32,000 nucleotides of DNA from Acidimicrobiales bacterium (GTDB taxonomy: Bacteria; Actinomycetota; Acidimicrobiia; Acidimicrobiales; Aldehydirespiratoraceae). The notes below the pieces were generated by a model. It ran no database searches and had not been told where the DNA came from. It saw nothing but the letters and a program-made list of their open reading frames with translations. Position 1 is the first letter of the stretch. Each line of letters begins with the position of its first letter. Made by a program: the position numbers and the translations under genes. Location: the NCBI GenBank assembly GCA_963662645.2, contig OY759762.1:1802004-1834003 (forward strand). The letters are read 5' to 3'. This document shows, piece by piece, positions 20,990-29,364 of this stretch.

Positions 20990-22240
20990 TCAGGCCGCGA
21001 CCAGCGAGTCGAGGTGGCTGGCCAGATGTGAGACCAGGTCCCAGCTGTCGTCACCGGCCCCGTGGATAAAGCTGGACTTGCGCCGGCGCAGGAAGTTCAG
21101 CCCGATGACGTACAGGCCGGGGGATTCGGTCACAACGCCGCCGTCGTGACGGATCTGGCCCTTGTGGTCGAGCACGGGCACATCGAGCCACGAATAGTCG
21201 GGCCTGAACCCGGTGGCCCAGACGATGGTGCGGATCTCCCCGCCGGCCAGGTCCAGCTTCAGGGGCGGAGACTTCGGAACCCGGGTGGGCTCGAACCGCT
21301 CCGGCGGGCCCACCTCGTCGAGGCCGCTCTCCGCGGCCCACTCGTCGAATGTGTCGAGGAGCCGGCCCTGCTTGAGATCGGCCAGCTCGCACTTGTTGGC
21401 CAGCGACCCCGACAGCAGGGCCTCGGCGCCGCGCAGGGCCGCGAGCCGCCCCACAAGGCGCACCCCCTGATCGGTGAGGGCGTTCAGGTCGAGGGTGGCC
21501 CGCTCGGGCGTTCCCACCAGCTGCGGCGACGGCGTGCGCCGCACCCGCACGACGTCGTCGACCTCGTCGTAGCGCTCGTCGAAGAGGCCTGAGCGCTCCA
21601 TCCACCACAGGACGTCGCGGCCCCGGTACAAGCGGGGCATGCGCACATGCTCGCCGACCGCCACCGTGACGGGGCGACCGGAGCGATGCACCTCGTCGGC
21701 GATCTGCACGCCCGTGGCCGAGGCGCCCACCACCAGCACGCCGCCGGCCGCCAGCCCGTCGGGACTGCGGTAGTCGAATGCGCTGAGAGCGGTGACCGGC
21801 GCGGGCGGCGAACCGCCCAACTCCGGAACCTTGGCCACGTTGAACCCGCCCGAGGCCAGCACCACCGTCTCACACTCCCAGCGGCCCCGGTCGGTGTCGA
21901 CGATGTAGCCTCCGCCGACGCGCCGCACCGACGTGACCGTCGTGCCGGTCCGGATCGGGGCGTCGACCAGCCGGGCGTAGTCCGATATGAACCGGACGAC
22001 CTCCGGCATCGACATGAAGCCGTCAGGGTCGTCACCGCCGCAGGCCTGGTAGGAATGGCCGGGCAGCCGGCTCTGCCAGTTGGGGGTGAGCAGCCGCAGC
22101 GAGTCCCAGCGCTGGGTCCGCCAGGAGTTGGCCACCTCGCCCCGCTCAATCACGACGTGGTCGATCGAGCGTTGGGAGAGGCGCCGGCTCACGGCCAAGC
22201 CGGAGTGCCCGGCCCCCACAACCACGGTCGTCGTCTTCAT
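20990..22240 (-). CDS. FAD/NAD(P)-binding oxidoreductase, flavin monooxygenase-like (class B / Pyr_redox_3 type)
   Basis: N-terminal VVVGAGHSGLAVSRRL (GxGxxG), WDSLRLLTPNW, a second dinucleotide fold VLVVGASATGVQIADEV, and a C-terminal ATGFRPDYSWL. Confidence 0.8.
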   Translation of the reverse strand: MKTTTVVVGAGHSGLAVSRRLSQRSIDHVVIERGEVANSWRTQRWDSLRLLTPNWQSRLPGHSYQACGGDDPDGFMSMPEVVRFISDYARLVDAPIRTGTTVTSVRRVGGGYIVDTDRGRWECETVVLASGGFNVAKVPELGGSPPAPVTALSAFDYRSPDGLAAGGVLVVGASATGVQIADEVHRSGRPVTVAVGEHVRMPRLYRGRDVLWWMERSGLFDERYDEVDDVVRVRRTPSPQLVGTPERATLDLNALTDQGVRLVGRLAALRGAEALLSGSLANKCELADLKQGRLLDTFDEWAAESGLDEVGPPERFEPTRVPKSPPLKLDLAGGEIRTIVWATGFRPDYSWLDVPVLDHKGQIRHDGGVVTESPGLYVIGLNFLRRRKSSFIHGAGDDSWDLVSHLASHLDSLVAA

Positions 22241-22286
22241 GAATCCAGGCGCCCAACTACCTCGGCGGCCCAGGCGCAGGCTCGGG

Positions 22287-22841
22287 TTAGCTGACCTCGA
22301 CGGTCACGTTGGTCGGGTTGGTGATGATGTCATAGACAGCCGACCGCTTCTGCGACTGGGCCACCAGCGCCCTGATCTCGTCGGCAGTGGCGTCGGCATC
22401 GATGTCGTAGGACACCTTGACATCATTGAACCCGTTGCGGACATCGGGGTCGCCGCCGAGGATGCCCAGAATGTCCATGCTGCCCTCCAGGGTGGCCTTG
22501 ACCGATCGCAGCTGGATCTCACGGTTCTGGGCCACGGCGGCCACTCCGGCGGTGAGGCAGCTGGCCAGGCCAGCCAGAACCAGCTCTACCGGCGTCGCCG
22601 CGTTGTCCTCTGCTCCGAACACCAGAGGATGATCGGCCTCGAAGGTGAACGTCGATCGATGCTGGTGCTCTTCGCCGAGCCCGTGATAGCTGTCTACCGA
22701 GGAGCGGCTGTGTGTGCCGTTCAACCACTCATTGGTGGCCTTCCAGGTGAACTGGGCCGCCTCGCGTGCCTCGCTGAGAGCCTGGCGGGCCCCCAACAGG
22801 TGTTCGACGTTGACGCCGTTGTCGACGTTTACGGTGGTCAT
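22287..22841 (-). CDS. OsmC/Ohr-family peroxiredoxin-like protein
   Basis: PVELVLAGLASCLTAGVA and the overall OsmC layout. AGGAGA lies 9 nt upstream of the ATG. A TATATT hexamer on the coding strand (complement of 22926-22931) is a possible -10. Confidence 0.8.
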   Translation of the reverse strand: MTTVNVDNGVNVEHLLGARQALSEAREAAQFTWKATNEWLNGTHSRSSVDSYHGLGEEHQHRSTFTFEADHPLVFGAEDNAATPVELVLAGLASCLTAGVAAVAQNREIQLRSVKATLEGSMDILGILGGDPDVRNGFNDVKVSYDIDADATADEIRALVAQSQKRSAVYDIITNPTNVTVEVS

Positions 22842-23003
22842 CGGGTTGCTGTCTCCTGTTTGGTGGCGGTGGCTTGCCGGCGCAACAGTCCGGGCTGCGA
22901 ACCGTCACGGCGACGATGGAAGTGCAATATAGGGGCTCTACGACCGAAACCCGACCAATCCGATCAACATTTCCGGGAATTGGGCTGGTGGAGTCCGCTG
23001 GAC

Positions 23004-24050
23004 CTAGAGAGGTTTGCGAGCCAGGAAGCAGTACAGGGGCGTGAAGATCCCTGATCGGCCGCCGGCGGTGTAGGCGCTGGCGGTCTGATCCAGCATCTTG
23101 ATGACATCGGCGGAGCCCTTCGGCAGGATCCTCAGCAACTCGGCCAGCCTGGATCCCCCTCTTGCCGTCTTGCGGCCCAGTGGAACCCCGATCAGGGAAT
23201 TTCCCAACGTCCGGCTCCACGTCTCTAGGGGCTGATACCACGGCGTGGCCGGACCGTTCTCCGCGACGACGCCCCGATCCATCCCCTCGATGAGCTCGAA
23301 CCCTACCGATTCGAGCATCCGGTCCACCTCGACCGTCGTTGCGATGTCCTTGAGCGCGATGCCGTGCATCAAGTCCTGCTTCATGGCGAGATGCCGGTCG
23401 TCGTCGGGATCGAACCTGTCCGTCAGGCACATCTCCTGACCCCAGAAGAGGGCTCCGGGCTTCAGCACGCGGTAGATCTCGGCGAACGCGCTCGCCTTGT
23501 CCGGTGCATGGCATGTCGACTCGATCGCGTAGCCGCGGTCGAACGTGCCGTCCGCGACGGCCGACATGTCCATGAAGCTGCACACCAGGTAGTCGACCAT
23601 GTGGTCGAGCCCGGCTGCGGCGTTCAACGACTTCGCCCTGTCCATCTGGGTCTCATTGATGTTGACCCCGACGACCCTGACGCCGGCCTCCGAGACGACC
23701 CGGCGCATCGGGCCGCCGACCCCGCAACCGATATCGACCACCGTCATGCCCTCGCGCAGCTCCAGCTTGCCGATCATCAGCCGCTGGTGCCGGGTCTTGG
23801 AGTCCTGCACGCTCTCACCGGGCGACAGCGGTGCGAAGTGCAGGGACTCGCCCCAACCCCATACCATCAGCTCGTTGCTGATGTCGTAGTACTCCTTGAC
23901 GGTCTCGGTGTGGTCATAGTCGGCCGCGTCGGAACCTCGCCCCGACGCTCGGTCGAGCCATCCGTCGAAACGCCGTATCCGGCGGGCGACTCCCCCCTCG
24001 ACCCGGTCTGCCGCCCTAAGTCCGGTGAGTACCCGTAACAGCTTGGACAT
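23004..24050 (-). CDS. sterol 24-C-methyltransferase (ERG6/SMT)-like SAM-dependent methyltransferase
   Basis: Start taken at Met32 of the track ORF (ATG, complement of 24048-24050), 10 nt after the ctaG stop. It is colinear with ERG6/SMT1 as I recall them: YYDISNELMVWGWGESLHFAPL, VVDIGCGVGGPMRRV, YAIESTCHAPD, IYRVLKPGA, PWYQPL, GGRSGIFTPLYCFLARKP. Confidence 0.85.
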   Translation of the reverse strand: MSKLLRVLTGLRAADRVEGGVARRIRRFDGWLDRASGRGSDAADYDHTETVKEYYDISNELMVWGWGESLHFAPLSPGESVQDSKTRHQRLMIGKLELREGMTVVDIGCGVGGPMRRVVSEAGVRVVGVNINETQMDRAKSLNAAAGLDHMVDYLVCSFMDMSAVADGTFDRGYAIESTCHAPDKASAFAEIYRVLKPGALFWGQEMCLTDRFDPDDDRHLAMKQDLMHGIALKDIATTVEVDRMLESVGFELIEGMDRGVVAENGPATPWYQPLETWSRTLGNSLIGVPLGRKTARGGSRLAELLRILPKGSADVIKMLDQTASAYTAGGRSGIFTPLYCFLARKPL

Positions 24051-24060
24051 CCGCTCAAGC

Positions 24061-24975
24061 CTAGAGGCGGGGCTCGGAGGGCGGGGGGCCGAGGCGTTCG
24101 AACTCGGCCTCGACATCGGCGGTGGTGAGAGTGTTGGCGGCAAGGCGCCGGCGGCGCTCGCTGGCGTCAGCGTGCCGCTGGGCGGCCGAGTAGCGGAAGA
24201 AGCGGATGGCGATCAGGGTCCACAGGTACAAGCCGCCCAGCACCTTCATGATCGCGCCAGCGGCCTGCTGGTCGGCGGCCACCGAGATGCCGAACAGGCG
24301 CTGGGCATGGTCGTAGACCGGGTACACCGAACCCTCGGCGAAGGTCAGCCAGGCAGCCGGCACGGTGGGAATGATCGACATGGTGAACAGGTACACCATC
24401 TTCATCGGCTCTGACAGGTGCAGCTCCCTCAGCGGTCCGACCACCGGCGTCCACATGGCCAGAGCGCTGGCGAACATCAGCAGGTGCATGGCGTAGTGGA
24501 AGGGACCACTGCGGACGGACAGCTCCACCACAGTGTTCCAGTGCATAAGCGCCTGTAAGGCGTTGAACGCCACCCCGGCCACCAGCGGGTGCACCAGGCG
24601 GCGGACGACCCCGGCGGTGCGGGAGCCTTCGACCAGGATGAGCCGGGCCAGCCATTCGGGCACCGCCATCAGCAGCAGCGGCGGCACCACGAAGCTGATC
24701 AGCAGGTGCTGCACCATGTGAACCGAATAGAGGTACTCCTCGGCGATGTCGTGCATGGGCCAGTCCGCCGAGACCCACAGCAGGGCAACACCGGCAACGA
24801 AGCACAGCCGTTGGCGGCCGGTGACCGCGGCGGTGCCCGCAGGGCCAGCCGGGCCGGCTGCGGGAGCCACCACCCGGACCACGTAGAGGCCGAGGCCGAC
24901 GATCGCGGCGACCATCAGCCACACCTCGGGGTGAAATTGGAAGCGCCAAGCGTCGGTCGCGGCCAGCGCGCCCAT
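24061..24975 (-). CDS. ctaG: cytochrome c oxidase assembly factor CtaG (Caa3_CtaG family membrane protein)
   Basis: Polytopic membrane protein with HMVQHLLISFVVPPLLL, AFNALQALMHW, HYAMHLLMFASALAMWTPVVGP and DQQAAGAIMK. Confidence 0.8.
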   Translation of the reverse strand: MGALAATDAWRFQFHPEVWLMVAAIVGLGLYVVRVVAPAAGPAGPAGTAAVTGRQRLCFVAGVALLWVSADWPMHDIAEEYLYSVHMVQHLLISFVVPPLLLMAVPEWLARLILVEGSRTAGVVRRLVHPLVAGVAFNALQALMHWNTVVELSVRSGPFHYAMHLLMFASALAMWTPVVGPLRELHLSEPMKMVYLFTMSIIPTVPAAWLTFAEGSVYPVYDHAQRLFGISVAADQQAAGAIMKVLGGLYLWTLIAIRFFRYSAAQRHADASERRRRLAANTLTTADVEAEFERLGPPPSEPRL

Positions 24976-25014
24976 AGCTCAGGTCAAGGCGTCGGTCGCG
25001 GCTGGCGCGCCCAC
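24948..25014. repeat. imperfect duplication of about 28 nt of the ctaG start region
   Basis: aagcgtcggtcgcggccagcgcgcccat (24948-24975, containing the ctaG ATG) versus aaggcgtcggtcgcggctggcgcgcccac (24986-25014, carrying GTG in place of ATG). Confidence 0.8.
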
Positions 25015-25016
25015 CG

Positions 25017-25373
25017 CTAGACCCAGAACTCGAAGACGGTGAGCGTGACGAGATACACCCCGACCGCCAGGATCAGCCCGGCGGTGAACATCCGGCCGAA
25101 CAGCTTGTTGTCGAAGCGCAGGTGCATGAACCAGGTAGCCACCAAATAGAACTTGACGATCATCATGAAGATGAGCGACGGCACCAGCGCCACGCCCCAG
25201 TCGACCACCGACTCGAAGTATGTGAACACTTCGAGCGCGGTGATCACCGCTAGGACGACGGCAATCTTGACGTAGGCCCAGTCCGAAGGATGGGCGTGGC
25301 CCTCTTCGTCGTGATGCTCGGCAACCTCGTCGGCTTCGGGCTCGGAGTGCTCGGAGGTAGCGGTGTCGCTCAT
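25017..25373 (-). CDS. cytochrome c oxidase subunit IV (small prokaryotic COX4 type)
   Basis: 118 aa. Acidic, His-rich N-terminus followed by three hydrophobic helices (YVKIAVVLAVITALEVFTYF, LIFMMIVKFYLVATWFMHLRFD). It lies immediately downstream of subunit III. Confidence 0.7.
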   Translation of the reverse strand: MSDTATSEHSEPEADEVAEHHDEEGHAHPSDWAYVKIAVVLAVITALEVFTYFESVVDWGVALVPSLIFMMIVKFYLVATWFMHLRFDNKLFGRMFTAGLILAVGVYLVTLTVFEFWV

Positions 25374-25395
25374 CGGATCGTGTCGCTCATGGGTA

Positions 25396-26028
25396 TCAGT
25401 CGGCGGGGATCAGGTAGATGACGGTGAAGATGAAGATCCACACGATGTCCACGAAGTGCCAGTAGAGGCCGACGATCTCGACCGTCTCGGCGTTGCGCTG
25501 GGTGAGCTTGCCCTTCAGCGAGGCCACGAACAGCGACATCAGCATCACGATGCCGAGGCTCACGTGCACTCCGTGGAAGCCGGTGAGGGTGAAGAAGGCA
25601 CTGCTGGCCGGGTTGGTGGTGAAGGCCACGCCCTCCCGGACGAAGCTGGTGAACTCATACACCTGCCCGCCGATGAACACGCCGCCCAGCAGGGCGGTGG
25701 CCAGCAGCCAGGTGCGGCCGGCCTCGGCCTCGCCGCGGGTCACCGCGGACAGGGCCAGCACCATCGTCAGCGAACTCATCAGCAGCACGAACGAGCTGAC
25801 CGAGGTGAACGGGATGTCGAACACGTCCGTGGGCAGGGTGCGGCCGTTGCCGCGGGTCTTGTACAGCAGGTAGGTGGAGATCAGACCGCCGAAGAGCAGG
25901 CACTCCGAGCCCAGGAACACCCACATGGCCAGCTTGGTGTGCGACAAGCCGGTGGTGGTGGCGTGCTCGTCGTGGCCACCTTCGTCGGCGACGTGGCCCG
26001 GGTCGGCAGTCACAGCTTCAGCGCTCAT
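25396..26028 (-). CDS. ctaE: cytochrome c oxidase subunit III
   Basis: Start taken at Met69 of the track ORF (ATG, complement of 26026-26028). LAMWVFLGSECLLFGGLI, FFTLTGFHGVHVSLG, VGLYWHFVDIVWIFIFTVIY. Confidence 0.9.
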   Translation of the reverse strand: MSAEAVTADPGHVADEGGHDEHATTTGLSHTKLAMWVFLGSECLLFGGLISTYLLYKTRGNGRTLPTDVFDIPFTSVSSFVLLMSSLTMVLALSAVTRGEAEAGRTWLLATALLGGVFIGGQVYEFTSFVREGVAFTTNPASSAFFTLTGFHGVHVSLGIVMLMSLFVASLKGKLTQRNAETVEIVGLYWHFVDIVWIFIFTVIYLIPAD

Positions 26029-26137
26029 GACTGGTCTCTCCGGCTGGCGGGTCCTGTCACCGGCGCGGCCTGGCGGCGCGAGCGCCGCCATTCCCTGCCC
26101 CGGCGCCACCCCCCGGCCTTGCCGATCGCGCCCGCGC

Positions 26138-28135
26138 TCATGGCTGGTCGCCCTCCGTCGAATCGTCGGCGGCAACAGGATCGGTGGCCTCGGCCTCGTC
26201 GTCGCTGTGGTCGTGGGCGGCGTCGGGGTCATCTACGGGTTCCAGCGCCCACGAATACAGCGAGGCGATCGTCAGCAGGGCGCCGATCAGGGCGAGCCAG
26301 AGGTTGAAGATCAGGCCGTAGCCGATGAGGGGCAGCCCGACGGCCACCGCCAGGGGCCAGAACGAGGGCGACGGCAGATGCACGCCGGTCGCCTCGCCGG
26401 TCTGGGCGGCCTCCTCGACGGTGGCGACCCGCACCACCTTGCCCTCGTCGTTCTCGGCGTACTTGGTGTGCCACCACTCGTCGCGGCCGTGCACCTGCGG
26501 CACCGTGTCGAAGTTGTGCACCGGCACCGGCGACGGGATCGACCATTCGAGGGTGCGGCCGTCCCATGGGTCCGGGCCCGGCGGCGGCAGGTGTGGCGCG
26601 TCGCGCTTGGACTTGACCACGTTCCACATGAAGATCACCACTGCCACCGCGATCAGCAGCGAGCCGACGGTGGCCGCCATGTTCCAGAACTCGAAGCCGT
26701 AACCCCGGGCGTAGGTGTCGATGCGGCGCGACATTCCCTGCAGGCCCAGGATGTGCATCGGACCGAAGGTGAGGTTGAAGCCCACCAGCATGATCCAGAA
26801 GTTCCAGTTGCCGAGCCGCTCGTTGAGGAAGTGGCCCCACACCTTGGGCCACCAGAAGTACAGGCCGGCGAACAGGCCGAGCACGCCGCCGCCGAAGATC
26901 ACATAGTGGAAGTGGGCCACGATGTAGTAGGTGTCGGTCTGCTGGGTGTCGGCGGGCGCCACCGAATGGGTCACGCCGGACAGGCCGCCGATGGTGAACA
27001 TGGCCACCGTGGCCACCGCGAATTTCATGGCCACGGTGAACCGCAGCTTCCCGCCCCACATCGTGGCAAGCCAATTGAGAACCTTCACCCCCGTCGGCAC
27101 TGCGATGAACATGGTCGATAAGGAGAAGGCGGCCACCGATATGGGGCCGATGCCCGACACGAACATGTGGTGGGCCCACACGCCCCAGCCCATGAAGCCG
27201 ATGGCTATGCCCGAGAACACCATGAAGTCGTAGCCGAACAGGGGCTTGCGGCTGAAGGTGGGGATCACCTCGGACACCACCCCGAACGCGGGCAGGATGA
27301 TGATGTACACCTCGGGATGGCCGAAGATCCAGAACAGGTGCTGCCACAGCAGCGGATCGGCGCCGGCGTCGGGATTGAAGAACTGGGCGTCGAAGAGCCG
27401 GTCGAACATCAGCAGGAACAGCGCCACGGTGATCACCGGCAGCGCGAACAGCAGCAGGAACTGGGTGATCAGCAGCATCCACGTGAGCACCGGCATGCGC
27501 ATCAGCGTCATGCCGGGCGCCCGCATGTTGAGGCAGGTGACGATCAGGTTCACCGCCGACACCAGCGAGGCGATGCCCAGGATCTGCAGGCCGATGGCGT
27601 AGAAGTCCACGCCGTGGCTGGGCGAGAAGGCCACGCCGCTGTTGGTCGAGTAGCAGAACCAGCCGCAGTCGGCCCCGCCGCCGCCCACCATCCACGAGGT
27701 GTTCAGGAAGATGGCGCCCGACAGCCAGATCCAGAACGACAGAGCGTTGAGGCGGGGGAAGGCGACGTCGCGAGCGCCGATCTGCAGGGGGATGAAGTAG
27801 TTCGAGAAGGCCGCGGCCAGCGGCATGATGAACAGGAACACCATGGTGACGCCGTGCATGGTGTACACCTGGTTGTAGACGTCGGCGCTGAGCACCGAGC
27901 CTTCCGGCGCGGCCAGCTGCAGGCGGATCAGCAGGGCCTCGACGCCGCCGACCAGGAAGAAGAACATGGCCGAGGCGCCGTAGAGGATCCCGATGCGCTT
28001 GTGGTCGACAGTGCTGAGCCAGTCGCGCCAGCCCCGGCCCCCCTGGGGGCGGGTGAACACGCCGAGGGGCCGCTCGGCGTAACGGACGGAATCGCCGGGG
28101 CCGAGCTCGAGCGGAGTCTTCTCGGTTATGGCCAT
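26138..28135 (-). CDS. ctaD: cytochrome c oxidase subunit I (haem-copper oxidase, A-type) with a fused C-terminal two-helix CtaF-like extension
   Basis: DHKRIGILY, YTMHGVTMVFLFIMP, WIFGHPEVYIIILP, GVWAHHMFVSG, VAHFHYV. All canonical metal ligands are present. The extra C-terminus reads HLPSPSFWPLAVAVGLPLIGYGLIF... Confidence 0.95.
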   Translation of the reverse strand: MAITEKTPLELGPGDSVRYAERPLGVFTRPQGGRGWRDWLSTVDHKRIGILYGASAMFFFLVGGVEALLIRLQLAAPEGSVLSADVYNQVYTMHGVTMVFLFIMPLAAAFSNYFIPLQIGARDVAFPRLNALSFWIWLSGAIFLNTSWMVGGGGADCGWFCYSTNSGVAFSPSHGVDFYAIGLQILGIASLVSAVNLIVTCLNMRAPGMTLMRMPVLTWMLLITQFLLLFALPVITVALFLLMFDRLFDAQFFNPDAGADPLLWQHLFWIFGHPEVYIIILPAFGVVSEVIPTFSRKPLFGYDFMVFSGIAIGFMGWGVWAHHMFVSGIGPISVAAFSLSTMFIAVPTGVKVLNWLATMWGGKLRFTVAMKFAVATVAMFTIGGLSGVTHSVAPADTQQTDTYYIVAHFHYVIFGGGVLGLFAGLYFWWPKVWGHFLNERLGNWNFWIMLVGFNLTFGPMHILGLQGMSRRIDTYARGYGFEFWNMAATVGSLLIAVAVVIFMWNVVKSKRDAPHLPPPGPDPWDGRTLEWSIPSPVPVHNFDTVPQVHGRDEWWHTKYAENDEGKVVRVATVEEAAQTGEATGVHLPSPSFWPLAVAVGLPLIGYGLIFNLWLALIGALLTIASLYSWALEPVDDPDAAHDHSDDEAEATDPVAADDSTEGDQP

Positions 28136-28136
28136 A

Positions 28137-29363
28137 TCACTCCACCTGGGTCGCTTCGATTATCCAGTCGGCGGGCCGCTCGCCCAAGCCTGAAAGGTAC
28201 GCCACCAGGTCGTCGATCTGCTGCTCGCTGAGGTCGAGGTCGGGCATGCCCCGGTACTGCTCGCCGGGCACGGTGTAATTCTCCTTGAGAGCGTTGGGGT
28301 CGCGCAGCCACGCCTCCAGGTCCGCGCGGTTGAGCGATCCGTCGGCGTTGTAGGTGTTGAAGATCCCGCCCGCGAAGGTGCTGCGGCCGGCGAAGTGGGT
28401 CAGGTTCGGCGCGGCCCCTGAGGCCTGGTCGGCGCTCTCGAAGACATCGTCGTTGAGTCCTTCCACGACATGGCAGGAGGTGCAGATGCCCGAGAACACC
28501 TCCATGCCGGCCAACGCCTCCGGGTCGGTGGGCTCCACCGCGTCGGCGCTGGTGCGGTCCACCCACGCCTGGAAGTCGGCTGGTGTGAGCGCCACCGCCT
28601 GCATCCTCATGCGCGAGTGCGACAGGCCGCAGAACTCGGTGCACTGCCCGAAGTAGAACCCGGGATCGGAGGCCTCGATCTTCCAGGGCGAGAAGCGATT
28701 GGGCACGGCGTCGCGCTTGCCGTTGAGCGCCGGGATCCAGAAGGAGTGGATCACGTCGCGCGAGGTGATGATCAGCTCGACCTCCTCGTCGGTGGGGATC
28801 ACCATCTGGCCGGAAGTGACGATGTCGGCGGGGGGCAGCGTCTTGGCGTCGCCGTGGGCCCGCAGGTCGGCCAGATCCACCTGGTCGGAGAAGTAGTAGC
28901 GGAACTCCCACCACCACTGGTTGCCCACCACCACGATGATCGGCGCCCACTCGACGGAGCGGTCGTCGATGGCGACCATCATGGTGTTGTCCTCGGTGGC
29001 GTCCACGGTGGGAAGCGACCACAACATGATGCCGGCCACCGCGATCATGGTTACGAGGAATCCAACCGTCCAGCCGACCTCCAGCGGGACGTGGCCGTGG
29101 GTCTGCGCAGGCCAGTCGTCGTCGCCTTCGTAGGTCTTGACCCGGTTTTTCCAGATGAGCCAGACCATGGCGATCGTGATGCCCACGAACACCACCGCCG
29201 CGATCCAGAACACCGGCAGAACGCCCCGGCTGTGCAGCTCCCTGGCGATCGGGCCCTGGGGCGCGAACGTGTCCAACTCTGCGTCGGATGCGCAGCCGGT
29301 GGCCACGGCCGCGCCCAGCAGGACCAGCACCCCGGGAAGGAGTCGGCGGGCGGCCGTTCGCAT
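28137..29363 (-). CDS. ctaC: cytochrome c oxidase subunit II with a C-terminal cytochrome c domain (caa3-type), lipoprotein signal
   Basis: CuA site HSFWIPALNGKRD...CTEFCGLSHSRM and a haem c site CTSCHVV. Signal peptide MRTAARRLLPGVLVLLGAAVATGC. I favour ATG 29363 (stop-G-ATG coupling to the upstream gene); the track start is GTG 29381. Confidence 0.9.
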   Translation of the reverse strand: MRTAARRLLPGVLVLLGAAVATGCASDAELDTFAPQGPIARELHSRGVLPVFWIAAVVFVGITIAMVWLIWKNRVKTYEGDDDWPAQTHGHVPLEVGWTVGFLVTMIAVAGIMLWSLPTVDATEDNTMMVAIDDRSVEWAPIIVVVGNQWWWEFRYYFSDQVDLADLRAHGDAKTLPPADIVTSGQMVIPTDEEVELIITSRDVIHSFWIPALNGKRDAVPNRFSPWKIEASDPGFYFGQCTEFCGLSHSRMRMQAVALTPADFQAWVDRTSADAVEPTDPEALAGMEVFSGICTSCHVVEGLNDDVFESADQASGAAPNLTHFAGRSTFAGGIFNTYNADGSLNRADLEAWLRDPNALKENYTVPGEQYRGMPDLDLSEQQIDDLVAYLSGLGERPADWIIEATQVE

Positions 29364-29364
29364 C

